64,000 nt of DNA from an uncultured Bacteroidales bacterium. GTDB lineage: Bacteria; Bacteroidota; Bacteroidia; Bacteroidales; PUMT01. This document shows, in pieces, positions 8,601 through 16,942 of the stretch. The notes below the pieces were generated by a model. The model was not told where the DNA came from. It ran no database searches and saw only the letters and a program-made list of their open reading frames with translations. Position numbers and translations under genes: made by a program. The DNA lies in the NCBI GenBank assembly GCA_964421595.1, contig CAYQXY010000001.1, forward strand, positions 447 through 64,446. The letters run 5' to 3'. Each line of letters begins with the position of its first letter. Positions within the stretch are counted from its first letter, which is position 1.

Positions 8601-8938
8601 TGGGAGTGGTAGGGCTCTCGGTAGTTATGGCACGAAGTATAATTGAACGAAAAAGTGAGATTGCATTATACACCTCCCTGGGTTACAAAAGAAAACAGAT
8701 CACATCCCTGATTGTCAGGGAGTATACCTTCCTGCTGATTGCAGGCCTTTTTGCAGGAGTTCCCCCGGCCCTTATAGCATCACTGCCTTCGCTGCTTCCC
8801 GGAACCCAGACGGCTGGTTTTTCATTTCTGGCTATCATCACAGCAGCTATTCTGCTGAATGGAATGGTCTGGATAATAATAACTTCACGGCTGATGATCG
8901 GCAATACCAATATCATTGCAGCACTCCGGAACGACTGA
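5651..8938 (+). CDS. Large MacB/FtsX-type ABC permease (two fused permease units with large periplasmic domains)
   Basis: Two TM clusters with E.R...I.LF.SLGY and ERKSEIALYTSLGY FtsX-like motifs; follows the LolD-type ATPase. Confidence 0.85.
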   Translation: MNLSKLIIRSFFHYLRANLTAAGGLAVAIAVITGALIIGDSLSHSLEKAVNMRLGNITHTITAGDRLFTMELGERFSKKTENPVSRALIAEGMAVAEGGQERLNRVHITGVDEFFSSVLGAGSYYDSIGPGEVIISKNMADRLNLVPGDFFQLRMKRAGVIPANTPLVSDADQTVSRRVMVAAIAEEENYGRFNLLSSQTAPYNVFTDISWLNQVMGISEMANIIIVSGNEDDSRLLSGHLSAVWSLEDANLLLDLLPYQGRLEISSERVFIENNISDPLGRLFPGSIRFLSYFVNSIEKDDKSTPYSFIAADSRKDLKPGETIINSWLADDLSASVGDSILIRYWETGPRRELTEKEARMVITGIEEMSESAGDSILIPHLPGLSDADNCRDWDAGVPVEFSRIRDKDEDYWTDYKGTPKAYISADWGQRLWSNRFGDLTAVWLPRDIQDQEEVREKVRSAVNPLSLGFQVNEVREQGINSAAAGVDFGMLFGGLGFFVMLAGVMLFFLLLLYNIEKRRDQIRLFSSLGYPLKLIRKIYLGEGMVVAVAGSIGGLLLAILYGRAVYWALTRVWQDIVRTDMLEMVIRPSSLFYGFIAGIFIALLVTVFSLNRHILKKSPGKGIHEPQKNNGSKIRYRFIVASILALSGAIILLRQIISGTGIDPVSFFAAGGLLLPAFLIAADIFLLMLEEKKYNRVSMETLSMKNLARNRTRSLSVIILLALGIFVVIATGSNRKDAASGETHPEGGTGGYLFVAEATVPVLHNLNSNETKLNLNIPEDISFIQMSASYADDASCLNLNQVANPRILSVDPSMLEGRFSFSGTTQWLDVSNPWQSLNMEIPATKTTGNDEKNSTVIPAIADQAVIQWGLGKKPGDTLIYTDEKGNELMLLLVGGLANSVFQGNIIISEKHFLRHFPTVSGSSFFLMDADFEQQQEIREELDFIFRDHGWEMTTAVDRLNEFNSVENTYLAIFLMLGALGILLGVVGLSVVMARSIIERKSEIALYTSLGYKRKQITSLIVREYTFLLIAGLFAGVPPALIASLPSLLPGTQTAGFSFLAIITAAILLNGMVWIIITSRLMIGNTNIIAALRND

Positions 8939-9114
8939 TAACCTTATATTTAGCAATTCACTATCTCTATTCAGGAGGGAAGGTAAAAATGTCCTGCGGC
9001 ACACATTTAAAGATCCCGGCCGGATGGCATATCAGGGCTTCATTAACAAGCTCACAAATTGAACAATTTCCGGTTAATCTTCTTTTTATAATTAATGATT
9101 TAATTGCGCTGAAT

Positions 9115-10155
9115 ATGGAAATTGGAATTACCACTTTCGTGGAAAATACTCCTGATCCCGATACCGGAAAAATACTGAGCCCCCAGGAAAGGATGAGTAA
9201 CCTGATGGAGGAAATTGAATTGGCAGATCAGGCCGGGCTTGATGTTTTTGCAATCGGGGAACATCACAGATCTGACTTTATCGTATCCTCTCCGGCCATC
9301 GTACTCGCTGCAGCAGCCGTTAAAACCAAAAACATCAAATTATCAAGTGCTGTTACAGTGCTAAGCTCCGACGACCCGGTGCGCGTTTTCCAGGACTTTG
9401 CACATATTGATCTTCTTTCTAAAGGCCGCACCGAAATAATGGCAGGCAGGGGGTCCTTCATTGAGTCATTTCCACTTTTCGGTTATGATATGAAAGATTA
9501 CAATTCTCTGTTTATCGAAAAGCTGGAATTACTGATGGAATTAAATAAGAATGAGGTGGTGAACTGGAGAGGTAAACACAGGGCTCCGTTAGACAACCTG
9601 GGGGTATATCCGAGGCCTTATCAGCGGGAGATTCCAATCTGGGTAGCAATAGGCGGCACACCTGAATCGGTAGTGCGAACCGCAGGCTATGACCTTCCGA
9701 TGGCTCTTGCAATTATTGGAGGTATGCCTGAGCGGTTTGTGCCACTTACCGATCTTTACAAACAAACCTATAAATCATCCGGTCATGCTCCTGAGAAGTT
9801 CCAGCTTGCAATTAATTCACACGGTTTTATAGGAGAAGATTCACAAAAAGCAGCAGATGAGTTTTATGGTCCATATGCCCACGTCATGAGCAAGATAGGC
9901 CGTGAACGCGGCTGGCCGCCTATGAACCGGAACCAGTATGAAATGATGAGAGACACCGGTGGCTCGCTCCTGGTCGGAAGTCCGCAGCAGGTAACCGAAA
10001 AAATCTTATATGAATACGAACTTTTTGGCAACACCCGGTTTTTGCTGCATATAAGCGTGGGCACAATGCCCCATGCCAGCGTGATGAAAGCGATTGAATT
10101 ACTGGGCTCAGTAGTGGCGCCGGCCGTCAAAAAGGCAGTAATGAAAACGGCCTGA
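9115..10155 (+). CDS. LLM-class (luciferase-like) flavin-dependent oxidoreductase
   Basis: Motifs ADQAGLDVFAIGEHHR, LSSAVTVLSSDDPVRVFQ and GRTEIMAGRGSFIESFPLFG. Start reassigned to MEIGITTF. Confidence 0.9.
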   Translation: MEIGITTFVENTPDPDTGKILSPQERMSNLMEEIELADQAGLDVFAIGEHHRSDFIVSSPAIVLAAAAVKTKNIKLSSAVTVLSSDDPVRVFQDFAHIDLLSKGRTEIMAGRGSFIESFPLFGYDMKDYNSLFIEKLELLMELNKNEVVNWRGKHRAPLDNLGVYPRPYQREIPIWVAIGGTPESVVRTAGYDLPMALAIIGGMPERFVPLTDLYKQTYKSSGHAPEKFQLAINSHGFIGEDSQKAADEFYGPYAHVMSKIGRERGWPPMNRNQYEMMRDTGGSLLVGSPQQVTEKILYEYELFGNTRFLLHISVGTMPHASVMKAIELLGSVVAPAVKKAVMKTA

Positions 10156-10367
10156 ATATTTCTGCCCACGGTTCGAAAATGGTGCTAATTAAACATTCCC
10201 CATTTGTATCTGAAACAGCCAATATGATAAAAATAGACCCCGCACCATGGCCATTTACAGCGGATAATGCAAGTGTCTATCTGAAAAAAGTATCGGATGA
10301 TACAAATAAGGAAATCACCTATGCAGATGGTTATTCGCCAAAAGAATTAGGATAGCCGGTAAGCCGG

Positions 10368-11732
10368 CTAAACGGTTATATGCCTGATAATATCCTGATT
10401 ATTAATTTTTTCCTGGGTGCCGGTTTTCATGTTTTTCAGGGTGACTGTACCCTCAGATAGTTCACTTTCGCCAATCAGAGCTACAAATGGGATATTCCGG
10501 CTATTTGCATAACTCATTTGTTTTTTCATTTTAACTGGATCGGGATATATCTCTGCTGAAACTCCAGCCTTTCGAAGCTCTTTGAGGATCTTAATACAGA
10601 ATCCAGATTCATCTCCACCAAAATTAACAAACATCAGTTTTGTTGCTGTGGCAAGGTCCAGCGGAAACCCGTCAGTATGGGCAAGCACATCGTAAATCCT
10701 GTCGGCACCAAATGATACACCTACACCCGATACACCACTTAAACCAAATACCCCGGTAAGGTTATCATACCTGCCTCCGCCACAAATACTTCCAATTTCA
10801 ACATCGGCCGATTTAACCTCGAAGATTGTCCCGGTATAATAATTCAAACCTCTTGCAAGCGAGACTTCAAATTCAAGGGCATTTTCAATACCTGCATGCT
10901 CCAGGTAATCAAGCACCAGCTTCATCTCACTCACCCCCTGCTGACCTTGTTCACTTGCTCTGAAAAGGGTTGTGAGTTCATTCAGCTTCTCATTATTATT
11001 GCCCTTCATCTCAATTACCGGCCGGAGTTTTCTGATTGCCTCCGGGGCAATTTCCTTCTCTTTCATTTCATCACAAACAGCATCAATCCCTATTTTGTCA
11101 AGCTTATCCATGGCAACGGTCATTGCCGTCAGTTTTTCAGGCTGACCGATTATCTCAGCAATACCAGTAAGTATCTTCCTGTTATTTAGTTTGATTACCG
11201 CATTAAGGTTTAGCCGGCAGAAAACATCATCGATTATCTGGGTAAGTTCAACTTCGTTGAGAAGGGAATCGCTTCCGATTACATCAACATCACACTGAAA
11301 GAACTCGCGGTAACGTCCTTTCTGTGGCCTGTCAGCCCGCCAAACCGGTTGTATCTGATACCGTTTAAAGGGAAATAAAAGTTCATTCTGATGCTGAACA
11401 ACAAAACGGGCAAAAGGTACTGTAAGATCATACCTCAACCCGCGATCACAAACCAGATTTGCAAATTTTGCACTATCAGTCAATAAATCTCCCTTCCCGG
11501 AAAGCTTTCCCAGAAAATCACCAGAATTAAGTATTCTGAAAAGCAGCTTGTCTCCCTCTTCTCCGTATTTTCCCAGCAGGGAAGAAAGATTTTCCATTGC
11601 CGGAGTTTCAATCGGTACATATCCGTACAGGCTGAAGACCTCTTTGATATTGCTGAATATGTAATTCCTTCTTGCCATTTCTCCGGGCAAAAAGTCTCTT
11701 GTTCCTTTCGGTACCGAAGGTTTCTGGGACAT
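10368..11732 (-). CDS. hisS: Histidine--tRNA ligase
   Basis: Motifs [47 protein letters not shown] and GGGRYD; C-terminal anticodon-binding domain. Confidence 0.97.
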   Translation of the reverse strand: MSQKPSVPKGTRDFLPGEMARRNYIFSNIKEVFSLYGYVPIETPAMENLSSLLGKYGEEGDKLLFRILNSGDFLGKLSGKGDLLTDSAKFANLVCDRGLRYDLTVPFARFVVQHQNELLFPFKRYQIQPVWRADRPQKGRYREFFQCDVDVIGSDSLLNEVELTQIIDDVFCRLNLNAVIKLNNRKILTGIAEIIGQPEKLTAMTVAMDKLDKIGIDAVCDEMKEKEIAPEAIRKLRPVIEMKGNNNEKLNELTTLFRASEQGQQGVSEMKLVLDYLEHAGIENALEFEVSLARGLNYYTGTIFEVKSADVEIGSICGGGRYDNLTGVFGLSGVSGVGVSFGADRIYDVLAHTDGFPLDLATATKLMFVNFGGDESGFCIKILKELRKAGVSAEIYPDPVKMKKQMSYANSRNIPFVALIGESELSEGTVTLKNMKTGTQEKINNQDIIRHITV

Positions 11733-11757
11733 GCATTAAAAATATTGATTAATCCTG

Positions 11758-11765
11758 CAAATATA
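11758..11765 (-). promoter_or_regulatory. Bacteroidota -7 promoter box for hisS
   Basis: TATATTTG on the minus strand ~25 nt before the ATG. Confidence 0.55.
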
Positions 11766-11770
11766 AGGAT

Positions 11771-12127
11771 TTATGTGATGAACCTTATACAGAGCGGATA
11801 TCTGTAGTAACTCCCTTCATTAGCCTTAATGGCGGCAACCACTACTATTACTATATTAAAGAAAAACAGGGCAATCAGTAAGGCAAATCCTACGAGGACC
11901 AGAATCAGCAACAGTGATGCAAGAAAATAAATCACCATTGATATCTGGAAGTTTATTGCCTCTTTTCCCTGATCATCTACGAGAGGATACTCCTCCTTTT
12001 TTAATGACCAGACAATTATTGGTCCTATAATATTGCCAAAAGGAATTATAAATCCGGCAAAAACACTGATATGGCAAAACATTGCCCACATGCGTTCGTC
12101 AGACGAAAACTCATTTACCTGGTGCAT
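11771..12127 (-). CDS. DUF4870-family small membrane protein
   Basis: Motifs ERMWAMFCH, GNIIGPIIVW, VDDQGKEAINFQIS and YYRYPLCIRFI. Confidence 0.85.
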   Translation of the reverse strand: MHQVNEFSSDERMWAMFCHISVFAGFIIPFGNIIGPIIVWSLKKEEYPLVDDQGKEAINFQISMVIYFLASLLLILVLVGFALLIALFFFNIVIVVVAAIKANEGSYYRYPLCIRFIT

Positions 12128-12300
12128 AGTACATCGATTTAAATAAATAGGTTAATAATAGGATCCAAAAATTTTATTTTTGTAATCATGCAAATTCTTC
12201 CCGGTAAAGTGTTGCCACGGATGGATCACCCGTGTAAAGTTCGTTTCTTTTTATGCCCTGGCACCTGAAAGACCTTCATAATCGAAATTCATCAAGCCTT

Positions 12301-13977
12301 TCAGTCAGTTAATTTTTTGTATCTGATGCGTCCGGGGCCGGCATCACCAAGTCTTTTCCGGCGGTTTTCCTCATACTCGGAATAGCCCCCCTCAAAGAAG
12401 TAAACCTGGGAATTTCCCTCAAATGCAAGAATATGGGTAGCCACCCGGTCGAGAAACCATCGGTCATGCGAAATAATTACCGCACATCCGGCAAAACTTT
12501 CCAGTCCCTCTTCAAGAGCCCTTAAGGTGTTTATATCAATATCGTTTGTTGGTTCATCCAGTAAAAGTACATTTGCATTCTCTTTAAGGGTAAGTGCCAG
12601 GTGCAGCCTGTTGCGCTCTCCTCCTGAAAGCACCCCGCATTTCTTCTCCTGGTCAGCCCCGGTAAAATTAAACCTGGCAACATAAGCCCGTGCATTCATA
12701 GCTTTGCCACCCAGCTGGACAAATTCACTGTTGTCGGCAATTACCTGGTATACTGTTTTCTCAGGATCAATAGATGTGTGTGTCTGATCTATGTAGGCAA
12801 CCTGTGCTGTTTCTCCCATGACAAAATTCCCCTTGTCAGGTTTTTCCATTCCCATAATCATCCGGAAAAGAGTAGTTTTCCCAGCTCCGTTTGGCCCGAT
12901 TACACCAACAATTCCGGCAGGCGGAAGCATAAAATTCAGATTTTCAAACAGTAGTTTATCATCATAAGCCTTGGAAACTTCCAGTGATTCAATTACCTTT
13001 TCTCCGAGTCGCGGACCACTGGGTATGAATATTTCCAGTTTTTCCTCCTTCTGTTTCACATCTTCATTCAATAACTTGTCATATGCCGATAACCGGGCTT
13101 TTGATTTGGCATGACGTGCCTTTGGTGCCATTCGAACCCATTCGAGCTCCCTTTCAAGGGTCTTCTGACGTTTGCCAGCCGATTTTTCTTCAACGGCAAG
13201 TCTTCTGGACTTCTGGTCCAGCCATGATGAGTAGTTTCCTTTCCACGGGATGCCTTCACCCCTGTCAAGTTCCAGTATCCATCCGGCAACATTGTCAAGG
13301 AAATACCTGTCATGTGTAATGGCGATAACGGTTCCCTTATATTGTCTCAGATGTTGCTCCAGCCAGTGAACAGATTCGGCATCCAGATGGTTTGTAGGCT
13401 CATCAAGAAGAAGAACATCCGGCTCTTCGAGCAGCAACCTGCAAAGCGCCACCCTGCGGGCTTCTCCCCCGGAAAGGTGGGTAACCGGGCTGTCTCCGTC
13501 AGGACACCGTAGGGCATCCATAGCCCGTTCGAGTTTACTGTCGAGCTCCCATCCGTTCAGGTTATCAATTTTCTCAGTGAGTTCACCCTGTCTTTCAATA
13601 AGTTTGTTCATCTGCTCGTCATCCATTGGCTCAGCAAACTTGTTGTTCAGCTCCTCATATTCCCTCAGCAGGCCTGCAAGTTCCCCCACACCCTCCATTA
13701 CATTTTCCCTTACAGTCTTGTCCATATCGAGGTGTGGTTCCTGTTCGAGCATCCCTACGCTATATCCCGGAGAAAATACCACTTCACCATTAAATGATTT
13801 CTCTTTCCCGGCAATTATTTTGAGCAAGGTTGATTTCCCCGAACCATTTAGTCCGATAATCCCGATTTTTGCTCCATAGAAAAATGAAAGGTAAATATTG
13901 TTCAAAACTTTCTTCTGTGGAGGATATAATTTGGAAACCCCAACCATGGAAAAAATTATCTTCTTATCATCACTCAT
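12301..13977 (-). CDS. ettA: Energy-dependent translational throttle protein EttA (ABC-F)
   Basis: Two ABC domains with no TM; motifs LSFFYGAKIG, LERAMDALRCP, GNYSSWLDQK and ELEWVR..PKARHAKSKARL. Confidence 0.95.
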   Translation of the reverse strand: MSDDKKIIFSMVGVSKLYPPQKKVLNNIYLSFFYGAKIGIIGLNGSGKSTLLKIIAGKEKSFNGEVVFSPGYSVGMLEQEPHLDMDKTVRENVMEGVGELAGLLREYEELNNKFAEPMDDEQMNKLIERQGELTEKIDNLNGWELDSKLERAMDALRCPDGDSPVTHLSGGEARRVALCRLLLEEPDVLLLDEPTNHLDAESVHWLEQHLRQYKGTVIAITHDRYFLDNVAGWILELDRGEGIPWKGNYSSWLDQKSRRLAVEEKSAGKRQKTLERELEWVRMAPKARHAKSKARLSAYDKLLNEDVKQKEEKLEIFIPSGPRLGEKVIESLEVSKAYDDKLLFENLNFMLPPAGIVGVIGPNGAGKTTLFRMIMGMEKPDKGNFVMGETAQVAYIDQTHTSIDPEKTVYQVIADNSEFVQLGGKAMNARAYVARFNFTGADQEKKCGVLSGGERNRLHLALTLKENANVLLLDEPTNDIDINTLRALEEGLESFAGCAVIISHDRWFLDRVATHILAFEGNSQVYFFEGGYSEYEENRRKRLGDAGPGRIRYKKLTD

Positions 13978-14060
13978 ATATCTGACTCTTATTCGATTAA
14001 CTATAATTTTTTTATTGCTGATTCTTTCAGTTCAGACTAGAATATCATTAAAATTACTGC

Positions 14061-14930
14061 TTAATTCCTTGCAAGCCTTTTGAAATCAGTTGCCAGTATA
14101 CCATCGGGCCTCTTCGGCATTTTAATCATATGATGGTCGAAGAAGTAAAAGTTGGCATCTCCTGCACCAATAAGGACTTTATAGCACCTTGCTTTCAGCC
14201 TTGTTCCTTCAGGTCCGACCTTATGAAGAAATATGACATCCTGGTCTTTGTTGCTGATTGCCTGGTCCATCTGCTCGCGGGTTACTATTTCTACTCTCCC
14301 GGGATAATAGTTTTCAATCTTTTCCTTTGTATCAACCTCCGAAGTAAGTTCATGCTGAAGTACATACAGAACCTTGTCCTTGACCCCGGATGTAAGGTTA
14401 TCATTATAATATTTGAAAACATTAGAAGAATAAAGTTTCGGATCTTTTTGCAGAAGACTGATGTGATTTTGAATGAAGCGGACAAATACACCAAGCTTAT
14501 ACAAATAATTGTCTTCATCGGCATTAAGATAAGCCAGTGGAACCGGGCACAAATCAGGCATATCGCCAATTTTCCTTGCACTTCCACCTAAGAGCAGATT
14601 AAGGAACTTATAACGGGCTTTTGACTTATCGCGATCAAAGAAAACATCAGTAGTCATAAGAAATGATAATGACGGATCATTCATGTATTTATCAAAATCA
14701 CTAAAAGGAATAAATTCATATTCTGTAACAGTCCAGTTTTGCTCAACAGCTTCCTTTATCCATGAATTATACATTGACATGGGATTATTATCCAGCACCA
14801 CCATGGTTTTTGTATTTAAAAAAGCGCTGACATCATCCCGTGAGGGAACATAGTTCTGGCACAGGGCTGTAGTCCATGTTCCAGACAAAATAATCAGCAC
14901 CAGAATGTTCTTTAATACTAATAATCTCAT
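14061..14930 (-). CDS. Hypothetical exported protein
   Basis: 289-aa ORF with a signal-peptide-like N-terminus (..TTALC-Q), co-oriented with ettA; no family recognised. Confidence 0.75.
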   Translation of the reverse strand: MRLLVLKNILVLIILSGTWTTALCQNYVPSRDDVSAFLNTKTMVVLDNNPMSMYNSWIKEAVEQNWTVTEYEFIPFSDFDKYMNDPSLSFLMTTDVFFDRDKSKARYKFLNLLLGGSARKIGDMPDLCPVPLAYLNADEDNYLYKLGVFVRFIQNHISLLQKDPKLYSSNVFKYYNDNLTSGVKDKVLYVLQHELTSEVDTKEKIENYYPGRVEIVTREQMDQAISNKDQDVIFLHKVGPEGTRLKARCYKVLIGAGDANFYFFDHHMIKMPKRPDGILATDFKRLARN

Positions 14931-15173
14931 ATTTAGTTATTTATTAATGAATGTAAAACATAACAAACTTACATATTTTTTGTCAAAGCCAAACAGGGAG
15001 TTTATTACAAATAAACATTATCAAATTTTATCATCCAATAGCACAATGGAGAATAAAATTCGGCAACAATTAAGTCAGGCAATTGCAGTTTTTTATTACT
15101 TTTGGATAATTGAATTTACAAATCCAAAACCGGAGACATTAAATGTATCCGGAAATCTCCTCAAAAGTCCCAG

Positions 15174-16928
15174 ATGAAGCTATTAAACAGATTGATTAAT
15201 TTCTCAGGTTCTGGCTTGCAAAAAGAATGCGATGAAAGGGTACTTAACAACATTGTTTTAATAAATTTGTTAAGCATAACCGGATTTGTCTTTTTTGCCT
15301 TTTTTGGTTCATTTGCAATCGTCATGGGGGATATTCTGGATGGACTGACCGTAATATCCGCTTCAATCCTTTTCCTGTGGAATATAAAGTATGTTAAGAA
15401 AACCCTTAATTATTCGAATGCAGCGAAGATAAACCTTTCAATTGTTATAGTATCATTTTTAATTGTATTCGCCTTCGGACATTCCGAGGAAGCAGTAATA
15501 GCATGGTTCCCTGTTGTACCTGTATTGGCAATCTTTCTGCTCGGTAACCGTAATGGGAGTATTATTTCTCTGGCTTTCCTGCTGATAACGGTGATCTTTT
15601 TTGTCCTGCCTGATGAATTTGCATATAAACCTGAAACAAGCAATTTAATTAAACTCGGACTACTTGGTCTTTATCTGGCCCTTTTTACATTTTCGCTTAT
15701 AATAGAATATTCACGTGCCAAACAATCACGCATTATTGAGATGCAGTTGCTTGAGGCTAAGAATGAAACAAAACTTAAAGAGTCATTCATCTCAAAGCTT
15801 TCTCATCAGATAAGAACTCCTTTAAGTAATATAATGCTTGTTGGCCATATGGTAAACAAGTTGAATCTTACACCCGAGCAGAAGGATATGATGGAAACAA
15901 TTATTGCCTCAGCCAACAACCTGGTCAACACCATTGAGAATATAGCCGAAATTGCTGAGGTGGACTTTGAAGGTAAGAAAAGCGCACAGTACACCGTCTT
16001 TAATCTTTACACCACAATTAACAGCACAATCAAGCTTTTTACCGTTCAAAAAGAACCTGTTGTTGAATTTAACCTTTCGGTGAATGAAAAGCTGAAACTG
16101 CAGGAGCTCGAAGGTGATCCTGTTCGCCTGAAACAGATCTTCCTGAACCTCATAGAAACAATTCTGAAAAACAAGCGCCCCGGAAAGATCTGCATTAGCA
16201 TAGTGGCCGATTATCAGAATCAGAACAACGGCGATCAGGAAATCCGGTTTGAAATAAAAACCAGCAAGCCCATTAACCTGCCAGATGGAAAATTAAGCAA
16301 CAGGCATGCCGGAGAAGATTTCATGATAAAAGATCATTCCAGTTTCATAGATAATCTCGATCTGATTATTGCCCGAAAAATCATAATCCAGCTTGGAGGA
16401 AAACTTCACATTTTACGGACTCAGGAAAAGAATAATGTTTTTCTTTTTACCCTGCCACTTAAATCTTCCTTACAAACTACTAAAAAAGAAAATGATAATC
16501 TTCCCGAAGAAGAGACTGCCGAGGCAACTCTGGATTTTCAGGAAAAGTTAAAGGAGACTAACATATTACTTGTCGAAGACAACACAATTAATCAGAAAAT
16601 AGTAGTATTAAGTCTTAAAAACTATATAAAAAACATAGATGTAGCGAATAACGGCAAAGAAGCACTTGATAAATTCGGCACCTCAAAATATGACCTTATC
16701 CTTATGGATGTGCAGATGCCTGTAATTGACGGTTTCGTAGCAACAAGAAAAATACGAGAAATTGAAGCAACAACAAATTCACACACTCCGATAATTGCCA
16801 TTACAGCAAATGCGCTTCACGGTGACAGAGATAAGTGTATCGCGGCAGGCATGGATGATTATGTAAGTAAGCCTTTTCAGGTAGAGGTCCTGATTGAAAA
16901 AATAAAAGGTCTGCTATATAAAACCTGA
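15174..16928 (+). CDS. Membrane-bound hybrid sensor (TM-HisKA-degenerate HATPase-receiver), probable pseudokinase
   Basis: About 6 TMs; H-box SHQIRTPL; N/G1/G2 boxes eroded; intact receiver (LLVED, DLILMD, ITANA, KP). Confidence 0.85.
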   Translation: MKLLNRLINFSGSGLQKECDERVLNNIVLINLLSITGFVFFAFFGSFAIVMGDILDGLTVISASILFLWNIKYVKKTLNYSNAAKINLSIVIVSFLIVFAFGHSEEAVIAWFPVVPVLAIFLLGNRNGSIISLAFLLITVIFFVLPDEFAYKPETSNLIKLGLLGLYLALFTFSLIIEYSRAKQSRIIEMQLLEAKNETKLKESFISKLSHQIRTPLSNIMLVGHMVNKLNLTPEQKDMMETIIASANNLVNTIENIAEIAEVDFEGKKSAQYTVFNLYTTINSTIKLFTVQKEPVVEFNLSVNEKLKLQELEGDPVRLKQIFLNLIETILKNKRPGKICISIVADYQNQNNGDQEIRFEIKTSKPINLPDGKLSNRHAGEDFMIKDHSSFIDNLDLIIARKIIIQLGGKLHILRTQEKNNVFLFTLPLKSSLQTTKKENDNLPEEETAEATLDFQEKLKETNILLVEDNTINQKIVVLSLKNYIKNIDVANNGKEALDKFGTSKYDLILMDVQMPVIDGFVATRKIREIEATTNSHTPIIAITANALHGDRDKCIAAGMDDYVSKPFQVEVLIEKIKGLLYKT

Positions 16929-16942
16929 CATGTTTCATTATG

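Noticed and set aside
10224-10355. 43-codon ORF MIKIDPAPWPFTADN... between the LLM gene and hisS
   Set aside because: No recognisable motif or supporting signal, and the length is compatible with chance.
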